From Collinsella sp. (GTDB lineage Bacteria > Actinomycetota > Coriobacteriia > Coriobacteriales > Coriobacteriaceae): a DNA stretch of 64,000 nucleotides. A model generated the notes under the pieces. It did not search any database. It was not told where the DNA came from and worked only from the letters and a program-made list of their open reading frames with translations. Shown in pieces: positions 1 through 9,387 of this stretch. Position numbers and translations under genes: made by a program. The DNA is taken from contig DBFALE010000009.1 of assembly GCA_048230835.1 (NCBI GenBank), positions 10,305 through 74,304 on the forward strand, given 5' to 3'. Each line of letters starts with the position of its first letter. The first letter of the stretch is position 1.

Positions 1-23
1 AAAATCGGAAAAGTGAGGCCCAG

Positions 24-581
24 ATGGTCGATCAGGAAAAAGTCGAGGCCGCCATTAAGCTGTTGCTTGAGGGCATAGGCGAGGACCCAACTCGGGAGGG
101 CCTGCTGGAGACCCCGGCGCGCGTTGCCCGTATGTATGGCGAAATCGCCGGCGGTATGGACCAGAGTGCCGAGGAGCACCTGTCCAAAACGTTTGCCGTC
201 GCTTCGAACGATTTGGTTATCGAGCGCGACATCACGTTCTACTCGCTGTGCGAACATCATCTGCTGCCGTTTTATGGCAAGGCTACCATTGGCTATATCC
301 CCAACGGCCGTGTCGCAGGGCTCTCTAAGCTTGCTCGCACGGTTGAGGTTTATGCCCGCCGTCTGCAGCTGCAGGAGCAGCTGTGTGCGCAGGTTGCCGA
401 CGCCCTCATGGATTATCTCGCTCCCCAGGGAGCGATTGTGCTCATGGAAGCTGAGCATATGTGCATGACCATGCGCGGCGTGCAAAAGCCCGGCACCAAG
501 ACCGTGACGCTCGCTCGCCGCGGCGTCTTTGAGACCGATCCCGCGCTCGAGGAGCGGTTCTTTAGGATGCTGGGCCGTTAG
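24..581 (+). CDS. folE: GTP cyclohydrolase I
   Basis: [27 protein letters not shown] and [12 protein letters not shown] motifs. Confidence 0.97.
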   Translation: MVDQEKVEAAIKLLLEGIGEDPTREGLLETPARVARMYGEIAGGMDQSAEEHLSKTFAVASNDLVIERDITFYSLCEHHLLPFYGKATIGYIPNGRVAGLSKLARTVEVYARRLQLQEQLCAQVADALMDYLAPQGAIVLMEAEHMCMTMRGVQKPGTKTVTLARRGVFETDPALEERFFRMLGR

Positions 582-582
582 C

Positions 583-1164
583 ATGAGGGTCGTCAACGAC
601 TTTACATCGAAGACCGACGAGGGGACGTCGCGTCGCGGCTTTATGGCTTCGGGCCTGGCCCCCTTTGGTGCCATGCCTCGTATTGATTACATTTGTGCCA
701 ACGGGCTGTTCCGGCGGCACCTGGGCAACATTGCACAGTTGGAATCGGGGCGCATCTTCTGCCGCCACGGTATTGACCATCTGCTCGATGTCGCTCGCAT
801 TATGTGGATCAAGAATCTCGAGGAACAGCTCGAATTTGACCGCGAGGTCATCTACGCCACGGCACTTCTTCACGATATCGGCAAAGATGAACAGTATGAA
901 TCGGGTATATCCCATGATGTTGCAAGCGAACGCGTCGCTGATGCGATTCTCGGCGGCATGCCCGATGATGTGGCGTTTGAGCCGGCCGATGCCGCAGCCA
1001 TTAAGACGGCCATTCTGGGCCATCGAAAGCTGCGCGTGAACAGCCAACCGCTTGAGCGTCTGCTCTATGCAGCCGACAAAGCGTCGCGCGCCTGCTTTGC
1101 ATGCCCCGCGCGCAATGCTTGCAACTGGAGCGATGATAAAAAGAACCTGTCGATTCGCGTGTAG
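583..1164 (+). CDS. HD-domain phosphohydrolase in folate cluster
   Basis: FCRHGIDHLLDVAR...ALLHDIGK...H...ADK HD motif; ATG at 583 just after the folE stop. Confidence 0.85.
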   Translation: MRVVNDFTSKTDEGTSRRGFMASGLAPFGAMPRIDYICANGLFRRHLGNIAQLESGRIFCRHGIDHLLDVARIMWIKNLEEQLEFDREVIYATALLHDIGKDEQYESGISHDVASERVADAILGGMPDDVAFEPADAAAIKTAILGHRKLRVNSQPLERLLYAADKASRACFACPARNACNWSDDKKNLSIRV

Positions 1165-1207
1165 TTAGTTTGCGCGGTCGGGGTTCTAAACGAAGGAGAC
1201 GATCGCG

Positions 1208-1693
1208 ATGAGTAACAAAAAACTGCCCGAGAATGCAACCAAGACTGAAGGTGCCGAGCTCGCACGCCGTGGAAGGGGCGAAATATCCACCGCAACGGCG
1301 GTGCCCCACGTGAGCTATGACGATCTGCGCCATGCCGATCGCATTACTATCGACGGTCTCGAGGTCTTTGCCAACCACGGCGTGTATCCCGAAGAGAACG
1401 CGCTGGGCCAGAAGTTCATCGTGTCCTTGGTGCTCTATGCCGACCTGCGTGCAGCGGGGGAGCACGATAACCTGGACGCCTCGATTGACTACGGCTCGGT
1501 GTGCCACGATGTCGATGGCTATCTGCGCGAGCATACGTTTAAACTCATCGAGGCGGCAGCCGAGGGTGTGGCCCAGATGCTGCTGCGTCGTTACCCCTTG
1601 CTGCTTGGCGTGCGTGTTAAGCTCGATAAGCCTTGGGCGCCCGTCGGTCTTCCCCTGGCAAGCTGCGGCGTCGAGATCGAGCGCGTGCGCTAA
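1208..1693 (+). CDS. folB: dihydroneopterin aldolase
   Basis: HGVYPEENALGQKF, SIDYG, LIEAAAE and KPWAP motifs; GAAGGAG RBS. Confidence 0.92.
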   Translation: MSNKKLPENATKTEGAELARRGRGEISTATAVPHVSYDDLRHADRITIDGLEVFANHGVYPEENALGQKFIVSLVLYADLRAAGEHDNLDASIDYGSVCHDVDGYLREHTFKLIEAAAEGVAQMLLRRYPLLLGVRVKLDKPWAPVGLPLASCGVEIERVR

Positions 1694-1699
1694 CCGGTT

Positions 1700-2476
1700 C
1701 TAATACGTCTCTATGGGTGGCTGCTTGAGCCGCTGCGACAGCGCTCTATTGTTGGGGCAGTACCTGTCGAGCAGGGCGTGAAACCGCTGATTGTGGCTTG
1801 GCTCGAGCAAGTGGACGAGCTCGTGGGCGACAACCATGTCGAGACACTCGATGGGATAAGCGGCAAGTTCGCGTGCGATGCGAATGGCTCCGGTCTTGGG
1901 CGTGCATGATCCCCAGCGCGTTTTCATGCTGCGCACGGAGACGCGGGAAACGGCGACACTCATTGTGATTTCGTATGCGTGCACGATGTCGCGTAGCGCT
2001 GCGGTGACCTCAGTCGTATAAAGCTGGCTGATGTGGGCTTGGAGCTCGTCGGACGTTAGGCCGTCGAGGATTGCGCGCCGCTTGGCCTGTGGGCCTTCGT
2101 CCGATTCGTCGGTACCCATAAAGCTTGCGAAGGTGGCCTGCTTGGGCCGCGGCGCGGGTGATGCAAAGTTGTGATCGAGTGCATCCTGTACCGTGATGGG
2201 CTTGCCCCAAAGTGCAATGACGGACGAGGTGCTGAGCGGCTCTCGCGCCGTCGCCTGATGTTGCTCGCGCTTGGCAAGTCGGCTGACAATCCAGGTGCTG
2301 TTGCGCTTCACAAATGCCTCGATGCGCTCGCGGCTGGCGCCGAGCGGTGCGCTGGCGTGGACCTCACCGCTTGATGTGACGCGTAGGTTGAAGTTTTTGA
2401 CGCGCTTTTTGGTAACGACGACGGAGATGGGCGTCCCATCCGGTCGGGATATGGAAATCGTAAATTGCTGCGTCAA
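1700..2476 (-). CDS. YgjP/M48-like (DUF45) metal-dependent hydrolase
   Basis: MKTRWGSC and VVAHELVHLLEPSHNQRF (HExxH); start uncertain (TTG after GAAGGA). Confidence 0.85.
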   Translation of the reverse strand: MTQQFTISISRPDGTPISVVVTKKRVKNFNLRVTSSGEVHASAPLGASRERIEAFVKRNSTWIVSRLAKREQHQATAREPLSTSSVIALWGKPITVQDALDHNFASPAPRPKQATFASFMGTDESDEGPQAKRRAILDGLTSDELQAHISQLYTTEVTAALRDIVHAYEITMSVAVSRVSVRSMKTRWGSCTPKTGAIRIARELAAYPIECLDMVVAHELVHLLEPSHNQRFHALLDRYCPNNRALSQRLKQPPIETY

Positions 2477-2550
2477 AAGCGGTCCTTCAGATTGGGGACG
2501 GGCCGGCATGTCGACCGTTCGGCATGCCGGCCCGCTCAAGGGATGTGAAA

Positions 2551-3564
2551 TTAATAACGCTCAAAGAAGGCAAGCGCGTTGTCGCTACAGAGCTTCTGCA
2601 TCACGGTCTTGCCAAAATGCTTGGAAAGCATGTTCTGGAACTCGGGCATCATGCTGGCATCGGAGAGGAAAGCGGGCACCGTGGCACCGTCCCAGTCGCC
2701 GCCGAGCGCGATGACGTCCTCGCCGCCCAGGTCGAGCCAGTGCTCGATATGTGCCGCCAGCTGGTCGAAGGTGACGTCTGCGGCGGTCTTGTCGGTTGCG
2801 TCGTTGGATAGGAACTCGCTGCAGTAGTTGAGGCCGACGATGCCGCCCATGTCGCGAATGGTGCGGAACTGGTCGTCGGTGAGGTTGCGCTTGACGCCGC
2901 AAACCGCACGGGAGTTGGAGTGGCTGGCGACGAAGGGGCGCGTGGCGTGGGCGACAACCTCGTCAAAGCACTCATCGTTGAGGTGGGAGACGTCGAGTAC
3001 CATTCCGGCGTGCTCCATCTGCGTAAGTGCCTCGATGCCGGCGGCGGTGAGGCCGGCGTGGGTATCGTGTCCGCTCGCGAGCGGTCCCTGCGCGTTCCAA
3101 CTGAGTGACGACATAAGCACGCCCAAGCTCTTGAGCACCTCGATCAGTGCGGGGTCCTCGGCAAAGAACGTGGCGTTTTCGATGGTGTGGATGCAAGCGA
3201 CCTTACCGTCCTTGAGCGCGGGGCGAATGTCTGCGGCGCTGCGTACGTTGACCATGCGGTCGTGGTTGAGCATGGCCTGGCCGCTCATGTGCGCCATGAT
3301 CTGTGCCTGGAAGCGCGCGGCGTGGGCGGTGGGGATCTCGTCGGGGACAAACGTGGCGAAGCACTGTGCCCACGGCGTGTTGCCGATCTTTGCGAGCGAG
3401 ATGGCACAGGCGTTGCCCTCGATGAGGTCGAAATCTTGCGGATGCGTTTCGTCGCCGGGGAAATAACCGTCGGTGCCGGCGGTAAAGCGCAGGTCGAGAT
3501 CGAGCGTGGCCCAGCCGATGCGGTCGGCGGTGTCGCAGTGTAGGTCAAATACGGGATATGCCAT
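2551..3564 (-). CDS. membrane dipeptidase (peptidase M19)
   Basis: DLHCDT, DVSHLN, ASHSNSR, RNLTDDQ and GGDWDG motifs. Confidence 0.92.
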   Translation of the reverse strand: MAYPVFDLHCDTADRIGWATLDLDLRFTAGTDGYFPGDETHPQDFDLIEGNACAISLAKIGNTPWAQCFATFVPDEIPTAHAARFQAQIMAHMSGQAMLNHDRMVNVRSAADIRPALKDGKVACIHTIENATFFAEDPALIEVLKSLGVLMSSLSWNAQGPLASGHDTHAGLTAAGIEALTQMEHAGMVLDVSHLNDECFDEVVAHATRPFVASHSNSRAVCGVKRNLTDDQFRTIRDMGGIVGLNYCSEFLSNDATDKTAADVTFDQLAAHIEHWLDLGGEDVIALGGDWDGATVPAFLSDASMMPEFQNMLSKHFGKTVMQKLCSDNALAFFERY

Positions 3565-3684
3565 GGTTCCTCCGGTTGCAGCGTTTCTTTGCAAACTGTC
3601 TTTGAATTGTATGACTAGGGTATAGTTAGCGCCATATGTTCATGGCGGCCCACGTTGTGCGCCGCCCTTATCACGGAGGTTTCC

Positions 3685-4113
3685 ATGTCCAACCAGGGCA
3701 AGAAGGTCAAGACTCATTATCGCGGCACGCTCGACGACGGCACGCAGTTCGATAGCTCCTACGATCGCGGCGAGCCGCTGGAGTTCACCTGTGGCGCCGG
3801 CCAGATGATCAAGGGCTTCGACGCCGCTGTTGTCGACATGCAGGTGGGCGAGAAGAAGACCGTGCACATTCCTGCCGCCGATGCCTACGGCGAGCACAAT
3901 CCCGAGATGGTTCTGACCTTCCCGGCCGAGCAGGTTCCCAACATCGAGCAGATCGAGAAGGGCATGAAGCTCTTCCTGTCCACGCCGAGCGGTATGCCCG
4001 TCCCCGCCGTCGTCATTGACGTGACGCCTGAGGCCGTGACGCTCGACGCCAACCACGAGCTGGCCGGCAAGGATCTCAACTTTGATATCGAGCTCGTCGA
4101 GGTCGAGGGCTAG
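3685..4113 (+). CDS. FKBP-type peptidyl-prolyl isomerase (SlyD/SlpA-like, no His-rich tail)
   Basis: HYRGTLDDGTQFDSS, DANHELAGKDLNF; GGAGG RBS. Confidence 0.93.
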   Translation: MSNQGKKVKTHYRGTLDDGTQFDSSYDRGEPLEFTCGAGQMIKGFDAAVVDMQVGEKKTVHIPAADAYGEHNPEMVLTFPAEQVPNIEQIEKGMKLFLSTPSGMPVPAVVIDVTPEAVTLDANHELAGKDLNFDIELVEVEG

Positions 4114-4116
4114 AGT

Positions 4117-4695
4117 ATGCCTGAACGCTTGGTTTCGACGACATGCTTGGGAAATCTCAACGATCCGTCCTATGAACTTCTGCTTCGCCGGAAGTTGGGC
4201 GGCGTCTTTGAAGTTGACGGGCTACTGCTCGATTGGGACCAGGCTGATGTGTGTGCGTTTGTGGGCGTGACGGAGCTGGGGCGTACGGTCGATGTTCGGC
4301 TGGATACTGCCGACGGCAGCCGTCTTGCCGACGGCGACGTGCTCGCCATCGACCGTTCGGGCATGGTGCCCGTGGCGGTTGTCGTGCGCCTGCGCAGCGC
4401 CGAGGTTTATTTGGTCGAAGTTGACCGCATGGACCCGATTGCGCTCGCGCATTCGTGCTGGGAGATCGGCAACATGCATGCGCCGCTCTTCCGGGGCGAC
4501 TCGGACGAGCATACTGTGCGCATGTATACGCCGGTGCAGCCTGTTTTGGGCCGCATGCTCCGGGGTGTCGAGGGTGTTCGGCTCTCGCTGGTTACCCGTG
4601 AACTCGATGCGGACCGGCGCTTTGCGTCGAGTGCGGCGGAGGTCGTCGTGAGCATGGCTCCCGACTTTACCATCGTAAAAAAGGCGCGCGGCTAA
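4117..4695 (+). CDS. ureE: UreE-like urease accessory/metallochaperone protein
   Basis: LADGDVL and AHSCWEIGNMHAPL match the UreE GN(R/M)H motif. Confidence 0.7.
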   Translation: MPERLVSTTCLGNLNDPSYELLLRRKLGGVFEVDGLLLDWDQADVCAFVGVTELGRTVDVRLDTADGSRLADGDVLAIDRSGMVPVAVVVRLRSAEVYLVEVDRMDPIALAHSCWEIGNMHAPLFRGDSDEHTVRMYTPVQPVLGRMLRGVEGVRLSLVTRELDADRRFASSAAEVVVSMAPDFTIVKKARG

Positions 4696-4778
4696 GCGCG
4701 CGTATGCGCAAGACGGGCTTTGAGGGGCGACCGATCAAGGTCCGTCTTGCTGTTGATATGAGGCTTTGGGGGAAGCAT

Positions 4779-5576
4779 ATGGGTCTTGAGGGAATCAAAC
4801 TGATTGCATGCGATTTGGACGGCACGTTGCTGCATCCGGGGGAGCGCGAGCTGCGTTCCGAGGCCTTTGAGCTTATCGATGAGCTGCATCGTCGTGGTAT
4901 CGTGTTTATGCCGGCGAGTGGCCGTCAATATGCGAGCTTGCGCTACCTGTTTGCCCCGGTGGCCGATGAGCTCGCCTATGTATGCGAAAACGGAACCCTG
5001 GTGATGAGCGAGGGGCGTGCCGTCGTCAAGCGTTCCATGGAGCGTAGCCTTGCTATGGTTATCGCGAATACCGTGGTTGCGTATCCCCATACCGACATGA
5101 CCCTTTCGTGTGAGGGGCACATCTACACCATGAGCGGCAACGATGCGTTCGTCGACCATTTGCGCTATGTGGTCCACTGCGATGTGGCGGTGGTCGACCG
5201 TCCCGAGGACATCGACGAGGATGTCATTAAGATTGGCTTCCAGACGCCCGAGGTGGATTATCCAGCGGCCCGGGAGTATTTCGAGCGCCTCTTTGGCGAC
5301 CGTGTCGATGTGATGACGTCAGGAACCGCATGGACGGACCTTATCGGTTTCGGTTCGGGCAAGGGCTCCGCGCTTGTCGATTACGGTCGTGTCCTGGGGA
5401 TTTCGCCCGATGAGATGATGGCATTTGGCGACAATGAGAACGATCGCGACATGCTCAACGTAGTGGGCCATCCTTATCTAATGGAGAGCTGCAATCCCTC
5501 TATGCGTGGCATCAACGACCGCGTCCGCTACGCGCACACGGTCGAAGAAGAACTGCGTCGCCTGCTTGCCGAGTAG
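4779..5576 (+). CDS. Cof-type HAD phosphatase
   Basis: CDLDGTLL, ASGRQ, FGDNENDRDM. Confidence 0.92.
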   Translation: MGLEGIKLIACDLDGTLLHPGERELRSEAFELIDELHRRGIVFMPASGRQYASLRYLFAPVADELAYVCENGTLVMSEGRAVVKRSMERSLAMVIANTVVAYPHTDMTLSCEGHIYTMSGNDAFVDHLRYVVHCDVAVVDRPEDIDEDVIKIGFQTPEVDYPAAREYFERLFGDRVDVMTSGTAWTDLIGFGSGKGSALVDYGRVLGISPDEMMAFGDNENDRDMLNVVGHPYLMESCNPSMRGINDRVRYAHTVEEELRRLLAE

Positions 5577-5591
5577 GCATGTCCCAAACAT

Positions 5592-5972
5592 CTACCGGCA
5601 GTCGGGGCAGAGACCCTCGAAGATGGTGTAGTGCGACGTGACGTGCCAGCCGATTTGCTCGGACGCCTTGGCGTCGAGCTGGGCATCGAAGGGGGGCGGT
5701 ACGTCGATGACGCGGCTGCACGAGGTGCAGATGATATGTGCGTGCGGCTCGATGGTGCGATCGAAACGACTTCCGCCCGGCGTCTTGATGGAGAGAATCT
5801 CGCCGGCGTCGGCCAAGAGATTGAGGTTGCGGTAGACCGTACCGCGGCTGATTTTGTCATCCTGCGCGCGCACGACGTTGTAGATTTCGTCGGCGGTGGG
5901 ATGGTTATAGCTTTGGCGCACGGCGTCAAGAACCAGCTTTCGCTGCCTGGTATTCCTTCTTTGCACCGCCAT
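5592..5972 (-). CDS. Fur family regulator (PerR-like)
   Basis: TRQRKLVL, HPTADEIY, TVYRNL, HAHIICTSC...CPDC. Confidence 0.92.
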   Translation of the reverse strand: MAVQRRNTRQRKLVLDAVRQSYNHPTADEIYNVVRAQDDKISRGTVYRNLNLLADAGEILSIKTPGGSRFDRTIEPHAHIICTSCSRVIDVPPPFDAQLDAKASEQIGWHVTSHYTIFEGLCPDCR

Positions 5973-6033
5973 GCGCCTCGCCTCTTTTCTGTCAACGGTC
6001 GTAGGTAAATGATACCGTATTTAGCACACAATA

Positions 6034-6444
6034 CTAATAACGAGGCGTGAAACCGTCTTCATTGGCAAGTGGGGCTCGGGCCTGGGCGTCTACGAGGCGA
6101 AAACGTGTTCCCATGCGCTCGTAGGAGGCATGAAGCGCCTCGAGATGAGATAGGACGTTTGCCGGAGCTCCCTGTATCTCCATCTCGACTGAGCCGTCTT
6201 CCATATTACGCACCCAGCCGGTGAGGGAGCGTGCCTGCGCGAGGTTGGCGTTGGTAAAGCGAAAGCCAACGCCTTGGACTTGCCCCGCCCAGCGCAGGAA
6301 ATAGCGCAGGGGAGTGTCTTGAGTGGCCCCGTCGCTTGTGAGCACAGTAAGCCTGCGGCGCAGCTCGAGCTCGACGTTTGATGGTTTTTGAGGCTCTCGA
6401 CTGCCGCCGGTGACGCTGGAGAAGAACGTATCGAAGAGGCCCAT
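6034..6444 (-). CDS. acylphosphatase
   Basis: GQVQGVGFR and LTGWVRNMEDGSVE motifs. Confidence 0.88.
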   Translation of the reverse strand: MGLFDTFFSSVTGGSREPQKPSNVELELRRRLTVLTSDGATQDTPLRYFLRWAGQVQGVGFRFTNANLAQARSLTGWVRNMEDGSVEMEIQGAPANVLSHLEALHASYERMGTRFRLVDAQARAPLANEDGFTPRY

Positions 6445-6446
6445 AG

Positions 6447-7553
6447 CTATGCCTGCTTGCCTGCGTCGGCCGGGAAGGTTATGCCGGCCTGCTGGCGCAC
6501 GGCATCCATGATGCGCAGTGAGACGAGTGTGACATCGCGGTAGTGGCCAAGCTCGTGGCGTCCCGCCGGGGTCTCCCAAATCTCTTCCTTAACGTTATCG
6601 ATGCCGCCGATGGCGGTGATAAAGTCAGCGAGTTCGTATTCCATAGTGTTGCTCGATTTGGGCAGGTCGAGCACGCGGCCGTTCTCGCCCTGTTCGCGCG
6701 GTGCCTCGGTCGCCGAGCCGCGTACGACGTCGCCGCGATAGTCGATGCGGACGTTGCGGGGCGTGGACAGATGGTCGATCTGGATAGTGCCACGCTCGCC
6801 TTCGATCTGCGAGGGCAGCAGGTCATTCGTAATTTTGGAGTGCGCGAGCTCGACGGAGATGCGGCCTTCGCCATAGCTGGCGAGGATGGAACCGCAGCCG
6901 TCGATGGGGCCGTGCGTGAGCTGTCGCGTGGTGGGGTCGAGCAGAGTAGTCATGCTCGTAAGGCCGGAAGGCATGCCGAAAATCTCGACCATGGGCTCGA
7001 CGGCGTAGACGCCAATGTCCATGAGGGAACCCGATGCCATATTGCAGTCGAAGATATTGGTGGCGCGTCCCGCGAGAATCTCGTTGTAGCGCGAGGAATA
7101 CTTGCCAAAGCGCAATGAGGCGCGGCGGATGGGGGCGATCTCGCCCAGGGCGTCCTCGATGGCGTGGAAGGCGGGATCGTGGAGGGGACGCATGGCCTCG
7201 AGGGCCACGACACCTGCTGCCTCGGCAGCGCGGAAGACTTCCAGCGCCTGCGCTTCGGTGGCGCAGAAGGGTTTCTCGACGATGACGTGCTTGCCACTGG
7301 CGATGCAGGCGAGCGCCTGTTCGTGATGGAGTGCATTGGGACTGCCGATGTAGACGGCATCGACGTCGTTGGCGGACGCGAGCTCGTCGAGTGCGGTGAA
7401 GTTGCGTTCGCCGCCGTGCTCGGCAGTAAAGGCGGCGCCGTGCTCGGCATTGCGCGAGAGCGTGCCTACGAATACGGCCTGGTCGTTGGCATTGACGACC
7501 TGGATAAAGTCGTCGGTGATCATGGATGTGCCGATGGTTGCGATACGCAGCAT
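6447..7553 (-). CDS. Gfo/Idh/MocA oxidoreductase
   Basis: IGTSMI, YIGSPNALH, GKHVIVEKP, GSLMDIGVY. Confidence 0.92.
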   Translation of the reverse strand: MLRIATIGTSMITDDFIQVVNANDQAVFVGTLSRNAEHGAAFTAEHGGERNFTALDELASANDVDAVYIGSPNALHHEQALACIASGKHVIVEKPFCATEAQALEVFRAAEAAGVVALEAMRPLHDPAFHAIEDALGEIAPIRRASLRFGKYSSRYNEILAGRATNIFDCNMASGSLMDIGVYAVEPMVEIFGMPSGLTSMTTLLDPTTRQLTHGPIDGCGSILASYGEGRISVELAHSKITNDLLPSQIEGERGTIQIDHLSTPRNVRIDYRGDVVRGSATEAPREQGENGRVLDLPKSSNTMEYELADFITAIGGIDNVKEEIWETPAGRHELGHYRDVTLVSLRIMDAVRQQAGITFPADAGKQA

Positions 7554-7626
7554 GTGTCCCCCTTGCGTTGTTTGGCCTACAGGATGAGTGTAGCGCGTGG
7601 GGATATAAAGCTGCGCGAAAACGCTA

Positions 7627-8112
7627 TTACAGGTCGCTCTCGTTAAAGCCGGTGTCGATATCGAGGTTACTGCCGTCGGCCGCCGTGGTGGCGAGTTCAT
7701 CGCAGCGCTCGTTGAGCTCGTGACCGGCGTGACCCTTAACCCAGATGAACTCAACCTTGTGCTTGCTTTTGACGGTGAGTAGGCGCTCCCACAGGTCGCG
7801 GTTCTTGACGGGCTGCTTGTTGGCGGTTTTCCATCCGCGCTTTTTCCAGCCGTCGATCCAGTGCTTGTTAAAGGCGTTGACGACGTACTGCGAATCGGAA
7901 TGGACCTCGACCTCGCAGGGGCGGTTGAGCGCCTCGAGCGCCACGATGACCGCCATGAGTTCCATGCGGTTGTTGGTGGTCTTGGCGTAGCCGCGTGAAA
8001 GCTCGGAGGTGAAGGTCTTGCCGGCGGGGTTGGTGTATTTGAGTACGGCGCCGTAGCCGCCGCGTCCCGGATTTGATCGGGCCGAGCCGTCGGTATAGAT
8101 GATGACCTTCAC
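7627..8112 (-). CDS. rnhA: ribonuclease HI
   Basis: [40 protein letters not shown]. Confidence 0.97.
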   Translation of the reverse strand: MKVIIYTDGSARSNPGRGGYGAVLKYTNPAGKTFTSELSRGYAKTTNNRMELMAVIVALEALNRPCEVEVHSDSQYVVNAFNKHWIDGWKKRGWKTANKQPVKNRDLWERLLTVKSKHKVEFIWVKGHAGHELNERCDELATTAADGSNLDIDTGFNESDL

Positions 8113-8211
8113 ATGGTTCCTTTCGTTGGGTACGTTTCGTGTGAGTGACCATTGTAGCGCCATGCCCGCCGGGGGCTAGCAATCTACGATTTCTACCCCG
8201 TCTTCCGACAG

Positions 8212-9114
8212 TTAGTTGGCATGGATGATGCGGTTGAGCTCGTCGAGGTATTGCTGCAAGAGGGGAGAGGGCTTGCGCTCGTCGTGCATGATATAGCCTA
8301 CGTGCATCGTCGGGGCGTCTGCTAACGGGATCGATGCCATACCCCATTGCATTTCATTGGAGAGGACACCGGTCGACAGGGTGTAACCGTTCGACGTGAT
8401 AAGTAAGTTGGTAAGTGTTCCACGGTCCGAGATTCGTATGTTGCGGTCGCAAGGGATATAGCTAAAAGGTTCCTCGGCGTAATAGAAGGAGTTCGAGGTT
8501 CCCTGCTCAAAGCTGTAGCGCGTATATGGTGTGAGGTCGGCAAGGGACAGCTGCGGGCGGCGGGCAAGCGGGTGGCGCTCGCTAACGAAGACGTGGACCG
8601 TCGCGTCGAATAGGGGATGGAAGCTCGCGCGCGCATCGGCAAAAGCCTTCTGCAGAACGCGGACGTTAAAGTCGTCCAGATAGAGGATGCCGATGTCGCT
8701 GCGAAACGCGCGGACGTCATCGATGATCTGCGATGTGGTGGTCTCGCGCATGATGAACTCGAACTTGCTGTCGCGGCAGCGCTCGACCACGTTGACAAAG
8801 GCCTCGACCGAAAAGGCGTAGTGCTGGGCGGAGATGGCGAGGCGGGCTTGCGGAGTGCCGCCGTCCTCGTAGCGCGCCTCGAGCATGTCGGCCTGCTCTA
8901 CGACCTGGCGCGCATAGCCCAAAAGCTCGGTGCCGTCGTTGGTGAGCGTGACGCCGCGGCTGGAGCGCGTAAAGATCTCCAGGTGGAGCTCCTGTTCCAG
9001 GCTTTTGACGGCGTTTGAGATGTTGGACTGAGCGGTATAGAGGCGCTGGGCTGCGGCATTGATTGAGCCGGACTCTGCTACGGCGATCAGGAAACGAAGC
9101 TGCTGGAGGGTCAT
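8212..9114 (-). CDS. LysR family regulator (CpsY/MtaR-like), divergent from metY
   Basis: N-terminal LysR HTH; ISAQHYAF and YYAEE typical of the CpsY/MtaR group. Confidence 0.9.
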   Translation of the reverse strand: MTLQQLRFLIAVAESGSINAAAQRLYTAQSNISNAVKSLEQELHLEIFTRSSRGVTLTNDGTELLGYARQVVEQADMLEARYEDGGTPQARLAISAQHYAFSVEAFVNVVERCRDSKFEFIMRETTTSQIIDDVRAFRSDIGILYLDDFNVRVLQKAFADARASFHPLFDATVHVFVSERHPLARRPQLSLADLTPYTRYSFEQGTSNSFYYAEEPFSYIPCDRNIRISDRGTLTNLLITSNGYTLSTGVLSNEMQWGMASIPLADAPTMHVGYIMHDERKPSPLLQQYLDELNRIIHAN

Positions 9115-9133
9115 CGGCGCCGTCCTTTCGAGC

Positions 9134-9154
9134 GTTATCTATAAAACCGATAAC
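9134..9154. promoter_or_regulatory. putative LysR binding site GTTATC-N9-GATAAC (T-N11-A)
   Basis: Palindrome in the LysR/metY divergent intergenic region with canonical LTTR spacing. Confidence 0.6.
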
Positions 9155-9271
9155 AGGTTAGCGCTTTTAAGTGATTGACCGAGGGAAACAATGCTCGTAC
9201 TATTCAAAACACACAAAGGCGGTAGGTAATTAAACCGACCACGGAACCGGGATGCGAAAGGAGGCCCGCAT

Positions 9272-9325
9272 ATGAATTGCTTACCAAGACGAATGCCGGG
9301 CTCCTGTTTGCGCCCGTCGGCGTGA
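9272..9325 (+). CDS. putative leader peptide MNCLPRRMPGSCLRPSA upstream of metY
   Basis: AAGGAGG RBS at 9258-9264; 2 Met + 2 Cys codons; hairpin overlapping its 3' end. Confidence 0.5.
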   Translation: MNCLPRRMPGSCLRPSA

Positions 9326-9387
9326 TCAGGAGACAGCGACTTACTTCTCTCTAATTAATTAACTTTTGTTCGATCAAGGAGATCATC

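Noticed and set aside
9200..9387. SAM riboswitch or T-box upstream of metY
   Set aside because: No SAM-I core, or T-box AGGGTGGNACCGCG motif, could be found by eye; an Rfam scan would be decisive.
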